This document shows, piece by piece, positions 28,117 to 36,743 of a DNA stretch of 64,000 nt. The DNA comes from an uncultured Actinomycetes bacterium (GTDB lineage: Bacteria > Actinomycetota > Acidimicrobiia > Acidimicrobiales > Ilumatobacteraceae). The first letter of the stretch is position 1. Every line of letters begins with the position of its first letter. The translations under genes were made by a program, and so were the position numbers. The stretch spans positions 83,028 to 147,027 of the forward strand of contig CAIQJP010000042.1 of assembly GCA_903872155.1 (NCBI GenBank), in the 5' to 3' direction. Below the pieces are notes generated by a model that saw only the letters and a program-made list of their open reading frames with translations, did not search any database and had not been told where the DNA came from.

Positions 28117-28193
28117 TCAGGAGAGAGTACGAAATATCTGTGGATAAAGGGTGGCAATCAGGGGTTTTACCCAAATTGCATGTCACTACACCC

Positions 28194-29405
28194 TTACTTG
28201 ACAGGAGTGACGACCTTGTCTCCACCCAACCTGATGAGGGCCGCCAAGGCTTCATCAATTGTGGCTACCGGGATGATTGTGACGGCGTCGCCAACTGCCG
28301 CTTGGGCTGCCGCGATCTCATCGGGGCCCTGAGCGGTGGGGACCAAGAAGACCTTGGCCCCAGATTTTTTGACGGCGATCGACTTCTGCACCAAGGCACC
28401 AATGGCCCCAACCGTTCCATCATCTTGAATAGTGCCGGTCACCGCGACTCCTTGAGGCGGGACGAGTTCACCTTTCGTCAAATTGTCAATCAGCGCCAAG
28501 GTGAAGGACAATCCTGCCGAAGGCCCACCGATTTCGTCAGTATCAAAGTTGACCATGAACGGCAATTGAACGGTTCGGGTGTCTCGTGCGCTGAACCCAA
28601 TCAAAGTTCGGCTGGGATCATCTGGACTTTGAATAAGCTCAACTTCAACACTTTTCAGGGTTCCTGGCCCGTCGTTCGTCAGCGGGATCACTCCAAGAGT
28701 CGCAATGTCCCCGGCTTTGGCCTTTTTCAGCACTTCAGACAACTTTGAGACAACTTTGACTTCAATAGGCCCGTCGCCAACATCAATCGACGTAATGACA
28801 TCACCGACGGCAAGCACCTTGCATGATCGAAGCTTTGGGGCGTCCTCCGGGCAGACGGATACGTCAAAACCTGCCACTTGAGCAGGACCTTCTTGAAAAG
28901 TTGAATCAAATCCAAGGTATGACAAGGCCACATAGGCGGCGATTTCTTTGGCATTTGCCATCGCTCCAAGTTGAACCTCATGGCTCTGCGTTGGATTGCA
29001 GTCACCAAAACGTTGTTCACAGGTCAATACGTTCACAAAGGGGTCAACCCACCCCATGAAGGCCTGCAAAGGATTCAATTTCGTACCAAGTGCCGTGACA
29101 AAACGAACTCCACGTTCGGGTCGGTACACAACTACTTGAGCACCATCAATGCTGAGCCGTGAACCCACAAGGTCGGCTCGACCAGGCGCTGTTTCGTACC
29201 TCTGTAATGGCCAAACCATGGCAACAAGAATCGTCACAATGATCAAAAAGGCGATTGTCACCAATGGGATGGCGACAACTTGAGCGCGTAACGACGGCGC
29301 GACCACCTTCGGGGCGAGTACCTTTTCTGTCTGCGTGTCACTCACTGAAATCTCCACCCGCCTTGGCCTCATCGCTGGCTTAGCCATGTTGGCACTACTT
29401 GTCAT
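28194..29405 (-). CDS. PDZ domain-containing Lon-like (S16) serine protease, YlbL/SdrC-like
   Basis: One TM helix, a PDZ segment ('VLAVGDVITSIDV') and a Lon protease C-domain ('GPSAGLSFTLALID', 'GAIGALVQK'). The start is uncertain (ATGs at 29405, 29387, 29372). Confidence 0.8.
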   Translation of the reverse strand: MTSSANMAKPAMRPRRVEISVSDTQTEKVLAPKVVAPSLRAQVVAIPLVTIAFLIIVTILVAMVWPLQRYETAPGRADLVGSRLSIDGAQVVVYRPERGVRFVTALGTKLNPLQAFMGWVDPFVNVLTCEQRFGDCNPTQSHEVQLGAMANAKEIAAYVALSYLGFDSTFQEGPAQVAGFDVSVCPEDAPKLRSCKVLAVGDVITSIDVGDGPIEVKVVSKLSEVLKKAKAGDIATLGVIPLTNDGPGTLKSVEVELIQSPDDPSRTLIGFSARDTRTVQLPFMVNFDTDEIGGPSAGLSFTLALIDNLTKGELVPPQGVAVTGTIQDDGTVGAIGALVQKSIAVKKSGAKVFLVPTAQGPDEIAAAQAAVGDAVTIIPVATIDEALAALIRLGGDKVVTPVK

Positions 29406-29661
29406 CGGGTGGCGCAAGCCTGCCAGAAATTTGCCGACTTCGCCACGCACCGACGACGGAATAACCCAGCACTCACAACGTCTGCTTGATGAGTCGAACC
29501 CGCTCAACTCGCCTGCCCCCGAAATCTCCGAAACCGTGGCGCGAAAAGTCTTAGATGCGACTGGTCTCGGAACAATCGCACTGGTCGGTGGAATTGTGGC
29601 CGCCATCGTGATTGCCACCGCACTGTCGTTCATCGTTACGAATGTCATTTCACGACTGTGA
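29335..29661 (+). CDS. Possible small 2-TM membrane protein
   Basis: 108-aa ORF with two hydrophobic helices. Its stop overlaps the GTG start of the HEAT-repeat gene (GTGA). It lies mostly in a region not otherwise coding if the protease starts at or before 29405. Confidence 0.35.
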   Translation: MSLTEISTRLGLIAGLAMLALLVIGWRKPARNLPTSPRTDDGITQHSQRLLDESNPLNSPAPEISETVARKVLDATGLGTIALVGGIVAAIVIATALSFIVTNVISRL

Positions 29662-30260
29662 GTGCATCCGACAGCCCAGAAATTGCCGAGCTTCGCCGCG
29701 CGATCGTGATCGCTGGACACACCGGCAACTCACAACTCATTCAACAATCGCTCGCTCATGAACATGGTTCAATTCGTGAGGCGGCATTAGGAGCACTCGC
29801 TCGAGTCGGCGAACTGACGAACGAAGTCCTTCAGACTTTTGTGAGTGACAGCGATTCTCAAGTTCGTGTTCGCGTCGCCGAACTCGCTGCCACGATCGAC
29901 ACTTTTGATTTGGTTCCATTACTGCACGATGCAAACTCACAAGTTGTTGAAATGGCGGCGTGGGCATGTGGTGAACATGAAAGTGCGCGTGGAGAAATCA
30001 TGAACGAGTTAATTCAACTTGTTCTGCATCATGACGATGCATTGGTTCGCGAAGCAGCAGTCGCCGCGCTCGGAGCAATTGGTGATGAGTCTGGACTTCC
30101 TGCGATCTTGTCCGCCTGTCAGGACAAGCCAGCCATTCGCCGACGTGCCGTACTTGCGCTAGCACCGTTTGATTCACCCGAAGTCGAAAAGGCTCTCAAG
30201 AATGCACTCGAGGATCGCGACTGGCAAGTACGCCAAGCAGCCGAAGACTTATTGGGTTAG
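29658..30260 (+). CDS. HEAT-repeat protein
   Basis: Repeated 'D.D..VR..AA.ALG' units. Confidence 0.75.
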   Translation: MSASDSPEIAELRRAIVIAGHTGNSQLIQQSLAHEHGSIREAALGALARVGELTNEVLQTFVSDSDSQVRVRVAELAATIDTFDLVPLLHDANSQVVEMAAWACGEHESARGEIMNELIQLVLHHDDALVREAAVAALGAIGDESGLPAILSACQDKPAIRRRAVLALAPFDSPEVEKALKNALEDRDWQVRQAAEDLLG

Positions 30261-30278
30261 CCCAATTTTGATGGGCGC

Positions 30279-30845
30279 CTAAATGCCCTGCAGAATCAAC
30301 AGGATCCCGAAGATCACAAAAAGTATTGAGGCACCGTAACGAATTGCTTTCTCAGGCAATCGTGAACCCAGGTGGTAGCCAACCAAAATAGCCAGTGCAT
30401 CTGCGGACACCATTCCAAGCGTTGAACCAAGCCAAGTGCCAACAACACCTTCTTTAGTGGCCAAAGTAATTGTCGCCAACATTGTCTTGTCGCCGAGTTC
30501 GGCTAAGAAGAAAGCGATACTCGCAGCGACTACCGCGTTACGGGTGTTCTTTTGTGCGGCCTCAGCTTCTTCGTCGGTCAGTTCATCACCACGCAATGTC
30601 CAAGCAGCGAAAAACAAAAATGCAATGCCAGCGATAATTGCAATTGCGTGAGTTGGCAAGCGCGACCCAACAACAGCTCCCAATGCGACGCTCATTGCAT
30701 GGGTGACCGCAGTGGCAATCGATATTCCAATAAGAACTGGCAAGGCCTTATAACGCGCCGCGAATGCCATGGCCATCAACTGGCTTTTATCACCAAGTTC
30801 GGCAACAAAAATAACACCGAAGCTTAGAAAAAAGGCTGACAACAT
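30279..30845 (-). CDS. UPF0016 (TMEM165/GDT1) family cation (Mn2+/Ca2+) transporter
   Basis: Two 'ELGDK(S/T)' signature motifs in a 6-TM, 188-aa protein. Confidence 0.85.
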   Translation of the reverse strand: MLSAFFLSFGVIFVAELGDKSQLMAMAFAARYKALPVLIGISIATAVTHAMSVALGAVVGSRLPTHAIAIIAGIAFLFFAAWTLRGDELTDEEAEAAQKNTRNAVVAASIAFFLAELGDKTMLATITLATKEGVVGTWLGSTLGMVSADALAILVGYHLGSRLPEKAIRYGASILFVIFGILLILQGI

Positions 30846-30855
30846 ATAAAGGACA

Positions 30856-31806
30856 CTAACTCTGTGTCTCTAGAGCATCCCAAAATTCTTGTGGGATCAC
30901 CTCAGCGGCATAAGAAAGATCGTCATTCATCTCATTTCTAGTTCGAGCGCCAATCACGATGGATGAAACACCCGCATGACGTAGTCCAAACTGCACTGCC
31001 GCATGAGCTAGTGACACTCCGTGAGATTGTGCAAGTCCGGCCATTGTTTGGGCTTTCTCAAGAATTTCGGGAGATGCATCAACGTAATCAAACGTTTTGT
31101 TCATTTCCGGATTAGCAAGAAGTCCGCTGTTAAAAATTCCGCCAAGTACAACACCGATGTTTTTCTCACGACAAAGTTGCAACAATTCAGTTCCTGAAGA
31201 GTTATCAAGAATTGTGTATCGCCCAGCCAACAACAAACAATCAAGATCAACTTCGTCAACAAAACGGGTGAGAGAATTTGTTTGGTTCATGCCACAGCCA
31301 ACTGCTTTCACCACACCTTCATCTCGCAACTGAATGAGAGTGGGAAATGCTTCGTTAATGACCCAATCTTCGTAATCATCCGGGTCATGCACATGAACAA
31401 CGTCTAAGTAATCAACGTTAAGTCGATTCAAGCTTTCATCTATTGAGGCAAGTATCGCATCACGGCTGTAGTCAAAGATGGGTTCGAGTTGCGGGACATT
31501 TTTGAAAATTGTTGGCGAGATTTGTTCTTTAGGCTCACGTAACAGTCGGCCAACTTTGCTCGCCAGCACGTATTGATCGCGCGGATATTTTGCTAACGCC
31601 TTTCCCAAGCGAATCTCTGACAAGCCGTGACCGTATAACGGAGCAGTATCAAAGAACCGGACTCCGCCTTCCCATGCGGCATCAACTGTGGATTGAACAT
31701 CGTCATCAGAAACTTCCGTGAACAAGTTCCCGAACGGAGCGCATCCAAGCCCAATTCGCGTTACTGATGGCCCGCGATGACCAAGTTGCCGAGTCTCGAT
31801 GATCAC
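30856..31806 (-). CDS. Aldo/keto reductase (aldose/L-fucose 1-dehydrogenase-like)
   Basis: AKR pattern: 'FDTAPLYGHG', 'ASKVGR', 'LDVVHVHDP'. Confidence 0.8.
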   Translation of the reverse strand: MIIETRQLGHRGPSVTRIGLGCAPFGNLFTEVSDDDVQSTVDAAWEGGVRFFDTAPLYGHGLSEIRLGKALAKYPRDQYVLASKVGRLLREPKEQISPTIFKNVPQLEPIFDYSRDAILASIDESLNRLNVDYLDVVHVHDPDDYEDWVINEAFPTLIQLRDEGVVKAVGCGMNQTNSLTRFVDEVDLDCLLLAGRYTILDNSSGTELLQLCREKNIGVVLGGIFNSGLLANPEMNKTFDYVDASPEILEKAQTMAGLAQSHGVSLAHAAVQFGLRHAGVSSIVIGARTRNEMNDDLSYAAEVIPQEFWDALETQS

Positions 31807-31809
31807 GAA

Positions 31810-33102
31810 CTAGTCACGCCACTCAGCGCCGTTGGGATAGTTCAACATTTCAATTGACTCTTGTTTCATTTCAATCGAATAACCCGGCGCTTGTGGCAAT
31901 AAGTAATGGCCGTTACGCATTTGAATCGGATTGACAAAATGCTCATGAAGATGCGACGCATATTCAGTTGTTCGATCTTCGAGTGAAGCACTCACACTCA
32001 AATAATCAATCACCGATATGTGCTGCACATATTCACACAAGCCAAGTCCGCCGGCGTGTGGACAGACCGGAACATTTCGCGCAGCAGCCAATAGAAGAAC
32101 TGCAAGTACTTCATTAAGTCCACCTAGACGGCAGGCATCAATTTGGGCGTAATCAATTGCGTCAGCTTGCAGAAGTTGTTTGAAAATCAATCGATTAGCG
32201 GCGTGTTCGCCCGTTGCAACACCAATGGGCTTCACACCTCGCCTAATTGTGGCATGTCCCAAAATGTCGTCGGGGTGCGTTGGCTCTTCAATCCATCGCA
32301 GGCCGTATGGCTGCAATTGATTACTCCACTCAATGGCTTGGTTAACATCCCACACCTGGTTTGCGTCAGCCATCAGTTGGCGACTGTCACCGATTTCTTC
32401 ACGCATCACTTCACATCGGCGCATATCCGATGCCACATCGATTCCGACCTTGGTCTTGAAGCTGTTCCAACCATCGGCAATTGCACCACGGCACAGATCG
32501 CGCACCTTGTCTTCGGGGTAACCAAGCCAACCAGCCGAAGTGATGTAAGCCGGATATCCATTTTCTTCAAGAAACGTTAAGCGCTGTTTCTGGCCAACTC
32601 GCGCCTTCGTCAACATGTCCAAGGCGCGTACTTCATCTACTTCATCGCGCAAATATCGAAAATCAATGCAGTCAACAAATTGGGCTGGTTCCATATCGGA
32701 GACCAATTTCCAAACGGGAACGCCACGTTCTTTGGCCCACAAATCCCACACCGCGTTCACGAGTGCAGCGGTCGCCAAATGGATCACTCCTTTATCTGGA
32801 CCAAGCCAGCGGAGTTGCGAATGATTCGTGACCTGACGCCAAAACGCACCCATGTTGTCAACGATGTCCGACAGATTGCGACCGACGACCAAAGTCGATA
32901 ACGCCTCGATCGCTGCGCAACAAAGCTCGTTGCCCTGGCCGATCGTAAATGTCATACCGTGTCCCTCAAGGCCCGAGTCAGTATGCAAAATCACATAGGC
33001 GGCCGAGTAGTCAGGGTCGGGGTGATTGGCATCAGAACCCGCCAATGTCCGTGATGTACGAGCTCGAAGGTCATGAGTTGAGGCTGACAAGATGCGGGTC
33101 AT
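31810..33102 (-). CDS. fucD: L-fuconate dehydratase (enolase superfamily)
   Basis: The N-terminus 'THDLRARTS...SDANHPDPDYSAAYVILHTDSGLEGHGMTFTIGQGN' closely matches Xanthomonas FucD as I recall it. Start set at the ATG at 33102. Confidence 0.8.
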   Translation of the reverse strand: MTRILSASTHDLRARTSRTLAGSDANHPDPDYSAAYVILHTDSGLEGHGMTFTIGQGNELCCAAIEALSTLVVGRNLSDIVDNMGAFWRQVTNHSQLRWLGPDKGVIHLATAALVNAVWDLWAKERGVPVWKLVSDMEPAQFVDCIDFRYLRDEVDEVRALDMLTKARVGQKQRLTFLEENGYPAYITSAGWLGYPEDKVRDLCRGAIADGWNSFKTKVGIDVASDMRRCEVMREEIGDSRQLMADANQVWDVNQAIEWSNQLQPYGLRWIEEPTHPDDILGHATIRRGVKPIGVATGEHAANRLIFKQLLQADAIDYAQIDACRLGGLNEVLAVLLLAAARNVPVCPHAGGLGLCEYVQHISVIDYLSVSASLEDRTTEYASHLHEHFVNPIQMRNGHYLLPQAPGYSIEMKQESIEMLNYPNGAEWRD

Positions 33103-33183
33103 TACCGCCAACCATAACAATTGCCATCAATATGGACAATACTTAGATCACTCGCACGCTTCGGAGGCGACGACGGAGGCATC

Positions 33184-33888
33184 ATGACGCAACGCATTGT
33201 TGTTATTACTGGTTCAGCAGGAGGTATCGGAACCGCTATCAATCAACGTTTTACGCAAGACCAAGACATTGTTGTCGGTCTCGATCTCGCCGACGGGTTT
33301 GATCTCTCTCAACCACAGCAATGTGACCAGGCGATTCAAAGAGTGATTGCTGAGCATGGTCGCATTGATGTGTTGTGCAATAACGCAGGCATCAGCAGTG
33401 TCGGTGACGTTGTCGATTCAACTCTCGACGACTGGCAACGCGTTTTTGCTGTCAACGTTTTCGGTATTGCCAATATGTCACGAGCGGTTCTCCCCCACAT
33501 GCGTCAACAAGGTTCGGGGTTCATCGTCAATACCTGTTCGATCGCGGCAACTGTTGGCCTCGTTGAGCGGGCCGTGTACTCAGCTTCTAAAGGTGCCGTA
33601 CTCTCACTCACCAAAGCAATGGCCGCCGACGAAATCGCACACAACATTCGCGTTAACTGTGTTTCTCCGGGCACGGTTGCTAGCCCTTGGGTCGAAAGAC
33701 TCGTTGCGACGACGCCAGATCCGAGTCAAACAATGGAGTCACTACGTAAACGTCAACCGATGGGGCGCCTTGTTGAATGTGAAGAAGTTGCTGACGCAGT
33801 TTTCTATTTGGCTTCGCCTAGTACTTTCACAACAGGTATGGAACTTCTGATTGACGGCGGAATCTCCGGCGTGCGAATTGTTCAATAG
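33184..33888 (+). CDS. SDR oxidoreductase (2-keto-3-deoxy-L-fuconate dehydrogenase-like)
   Basis: 'VITGSAGGIG', 'NNAG' and 'YSASKGAV'. Start set at the ATG at 33184. Confidence 0.8.
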   Translation: MTQRIVVITGSAGGIGTAINQRFTQDQDIVVGLDLADGFDLSQPQQCDQAIQRVIAEHGRIDVLCNNAGISSVGDVVDSTLDDWQRVFAVNVFGIANMSRAVLPHMRQQGSGFIVNTCSIAATVGLVERAVYSASKGAVLSLTKAMAADEIAHNIRVNCVSPGTVASPWVERLVATTPDPSQTMESLRKRQPMGRLVECEEVADAVFYLASPSTFTTGMELLIDGGISGVRIVQ

Positions 33889-33896
33889 GTAGCAAA

Positions 33897-34991
33897 ATGG
33901 CATTGCGCATTGCACTTGTTGGTGGACCGATGTACGACCACCTCTATTCAATTTTTGATGAGTACGACGTTGAGGTGATCGTTCATGATGATCATCCGAC
34001 TTTGAATCGCAAAATTGCAGAAATGCTGACTGCCGGTGAACGAATTGACCTTCTATCGACGCATTCGAAATATGCACCTTCACAGGCGAGTTGGCTACGA
34101 CCACTTGATTCACTTGTTGAGACGTCAGCTATAGACGATCTTGCCCCACTTGCAGTTGATCTTTGCCGTTATCAAGGGCAACTACTCACAATTCCACGAC
34201 TCATTGATGTACGCATTATGTGGCTTCGTTCAGACCGCGTCGCATTGGCACCAACTACTTGGGATGACCTCATTAACAGTCCAGTGAAGTTCGGTTTTCC
34301 TGGAAAAGAATCAGGACTCTTCGGAACCTTCTATGAAATGGTCGTTGGCGCAGGCGGCCGAATTTTTGATGATGATGAACAACCTTGTTTCAACTCAAAC
34401 GAATCAATTCAAGCCATAGAGACTTTGATTGCCCTCGCCCAAAAAACGGATTCTGATTTACCAACTTGGCACTACGACCAAGTTGACGCAGCCCTCCTCA
34501 GTGGAACAACTGATGCTTCGGGTGCTTGGCCAGGGGCGTGGGGTTCAATCCATGCATCTGAGTTCGCCGAAGTTCTACGTCCTCATCGCTATCCATCGGG
34601 TGCCAAGCGTTGGGTAAGTTACGCCGGTTGTCACGCATGGGGCATACCAACGACCTGTAGCGATATTGACGGCACAACTGCCCTGCTGCATCGTTTGATG
34701 TCGGCCGAAGTTCATGGCCTTGACGCGAGTGGTGGGAACATGTGCGCACATGTTGAAGCGCTATCACAAGTAGTTCCAGTCAACGACATTGACCAACAAC
34801 GTTTAACCATCACTCGTGAAACAATCAATCAAGCGATGATTACGTATCCATCGCACATTCGCTTCCCCGAAGTTGAAGATGCTGGGTGGATGTTGATGAA
34901 CGAAACTCTCCGAGGCCTGCGATCACCGCAGGATGCGGTTCAGACTTTGCAGATAGTTGCTGAGAAAGTTTTTGCCACCGATAGAAGCTGA
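33897..34991 (+). CDS. Solute-binding-protein-like protein without a signal peptide
   Basis: 364 aa. It resembles family-1 extracellular solute-binding proteins, but the N-terminus 'MALRIALVGGPMYDHL' has no signal or lipobox. Confidence 0.55.
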   Translation: MALRIALVGGPMYDHLYSIFDEYDVEVIVHDDHPTLNRKIAEMLTAGERIDLLSTHSKYAPSQASWLRPLDSLVETSAIDDLAPLAVDLCRYQGQLLTIPRLIDVRIMWLRSDRVALAPTTWDDLINSPVKFGFPGKESGLFGTFYEMVVGAGGRIFDDDEQPCFNSNESIQAIETLIALAQKTDSDLPTWHYDQVDAALLSGTTDASGAWPGAWGSIHASEFAEVLRPHRYPSGAKRWVSYAGCHAWGIPTTCSDIDGTTALLHRLMSAEVHGLDASGGNMCAHVEALSQVVPVNDIDQQRLTITRETINQAMITYPSHIRFPEVEDAGWMLMNETLRGLRSPQDAVQTLQIVAEKVFATDRS

Positions 34992-34992
34992 A

Positions 34993-35420
34993 TCACGATG
35001 GGCAACATGCGTTGCCACCAGATTCGCTCTTGCGACCAAGTGGAAGATTGACGAACTGCTCAACATCGGAGTGCTTCACGTAGAACTCCCACTTATGTCC
35101 ATCAACTCCGTCAACCCACGTTTCGGTTTTTTCGGCAAAACAACATTGGGTGTCATCAATACCGGTTGTCTCTAGCCAGCATCTCGCAAACGCTTGTCTG
35201 CTTCGACCACTTCTTCGGCTGTATCGGTTTCAACCCCAAGATGGTTGATCGTGCCATGGTCACCGCCCTTTTCGAAGATGACGAACTTCAGTGGCGGATC
35301 AACAATCGCCCAATTCGCATATCCGGGCTTCACCTTCAGCGGCTCGGTATTAAACAACTTTGTGTAGAAGGCAATGGCTTCATCAAGATTGTCAACATTG
35401 AGAGCAAGTTGTAAACGCAT
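34993..35420 (-). pseudogene. cadI: CadI/ArsI-family VOC (glyoxalase-fold) gene interrupted by a 1-nt frameshift
   Basis: Frame A reads MRLQLALNVDNLDEAIAFYTKLFNTEPLKVKPGYANW...RLRDAG*, stopping at 35172-35174. A shifted frame continues LETTGIDDTQCCFAEKTETWVDGVDGHKWEFYV...ACCPS*. Joined, they match full-length mycobacterial CadI. Confidence 0.8.
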
Positions 35421-35447
35421 ACCTATTTCATAGCACTTACAAACGAG

Positions 35448-36104
35448 ATGGCATACTGCCTTATGTCCTTTCTTCAGTCTGATGCCGAAGTTGTTTTGGC
35501 CTACCTTGAATTTCGTCATCGAGTGGTGAGTCTCATTCGGGAAATTCCTGAATCTCAGGCAACGTTGTCGGTGCCACTTTGCCCAGTTTGGGAAGTCAGC
35601 AGTGTCATTTCACATATGGTTGGCGTTCCCGAAGACATCTTGGCGGGTCGCATGGAAGGCGTCACCACTGATGCCTGGACTCAGGCCCAAGTTGACCGCC
35701 ATGAAGGCGAATCGCTTTCCCAGTTGGCCGACGCGCTTCTCGCTACGTCGGTTGAATTCGATGTCGTATTGCCGCACATCCCAAGTCCTACTAATTCGCA
35801 AATGGTGATGGACGCAGTCACCCACGAACACGACTTGCGCCATGCGATTGGACGAGCCGGTGCTCAAGATTCTTTGGCAGTCAATGTTGCCCTCGGCTGG
35901 CTTCTGAACATGGTCGAAGGAAAGGCACCTGGTCTGGCTCAAGAACTCCTCGATTCGGGGGTCTCGCATTATGAACTCATGCGCAGTCTGACTGGCCGAA
36001 GGTCTGTCGATCAAATGAAACAAATTGGTGTCGATGGTGAACAAATCAAGTTGCTTCTGCAAGGGACTCCCTTGCGTGTACCAATGACTGCAATTGAATT
36101 CTAA
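35448..36104 (+). CDS. Mycothiol-dependent maleylpyruvate-isomerase/DinB family protein
   Basis: The N-terminal 'W.V..V..H' metal-binding region ('VWEVSSVISHMVG') is typical of the actinobacterial DinB-like family. Confidence 0.6.
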   Translation: MAYCLMSFLQSDAEVVLAYLEFRHRVVSLIREIPESQATLSVPLCPVWEVSSVISHMVGVPEDILAGRMEGVTTDAWTQAQVDRHEGESLSQLADALLATSVEFDVVLPHIPSPTNSQMVMDAVTHEHDLRHAIGRAGAQDSLAVNVALGWLLNMVEGKAPGLAQELLDSGVSHYELMRSLTGRRSVDQMKQIGVDGEQIKLLLQGTPLRVPMTAIEF

Positions 36105-36137
36105 ACTAAGAAGGACTCAAATTCTGATGGGGGATTT

Positions 36138-36683
36138 ATGACAGACAGAGCTACGTTTACTCGTTTTGAAGATTCGACCAAAGTCGAGTGGGACAACATC
36201 ATGCAATGTATGAAGCACACCCAGTCCCTTGTGCCCGACCGCATACTTGAACAATTACGTCATCTCGAAAGTGATCACGGCGGATTTCCGGTGTCACGTC
36301 TTGAACATTCATTACAGACTGCAACCCGTGCCCTGCGCGGTGGAGAAAATGACGAGTACGTTGCATGCGCCCTCATCCACGACATCGGCGACACTCTGTC
36401 GCCATACAACCACCCGGCGATCGCCTCAGCAATCGTAAAGCCATTTGTCAGCGAAGCAAATCACTGGATGGTTGAACACCACGGCATTTTCCAGGGCTAT
36501 TACTTCTGGCATCACATTGGCCTTGATCGCAACACCCGTGACGCGTTCCGCGACAATCCGTATTACGAATACACCGAAGAATTTTGTGCCAAGTACGACC
36601 AGGTGGCCTTTGACCCCGAATACAAGAGCGAATCACTTGAATATTTCGAGCCTTTGATCAGGTCGGTTTTCTCAGGCCAGTAG
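36138..36683 (+). CDS. HD-domain metal-dependent hydrolase/oxygenase family protein
   Basis: 'HSLQTA...ALIHDIGD...H...HH' His/Asp ligand pattern. Confidence 0.65.
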   Translation: MTDRATFTRFEDSTKVEWDNIMQCMKHTQSLVPDRILEQLRHLESDHGGFPVSRLEHSLQTATRALRGGENDEYVACALIHDIGDTLSPYNHPAIASAIVKPFVSEANHWMVEHHGIFQGYYFWHHIGLDRNTRDAFRDNPYYEYTEEFCAKYDQVAFDPEYKSESLEYFEPLIRSVFSGQ

Positions 36684-36693
36684 TCCAAATGGA

Positions 36694-36718
36694 GAATTAG
36701 TCAATTATTGACTAATTC
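36694..36718. promoter_or_regulatory. Perfect 25-bp palindromic operator overlapping the mod promoter -35
   Basis: GAATTAGTCAAT-T-ATTGACTAATTC. It contains TTGACT (36708-36713). TATCTT follows 18 nt later (36732-36737), and the modA ATG lies 6 nt beyond that. Confidence 0.55.
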
Positions 36719-36743
36719 TTCAATCCAAAGATATCTTGGGGCT

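Noticed and set aside
30846-30855. Mn-responsive yybP-ykoY riboswitch upstream of the UPF0016 transporter
   Set aside because: Only 10 nt separate it from the upstream AKR stop, which leaves no room for a riboswitch.
35421-35519. N-terminal 33-aa extension of the CadI-like ORF (MTKFKVGQNNFG...)
   Set aside because: CadI/ArsI homologues begin at the 'MxRxQLALNV' motif, and the extension would overlap the divergent DinB-family gene's start region.
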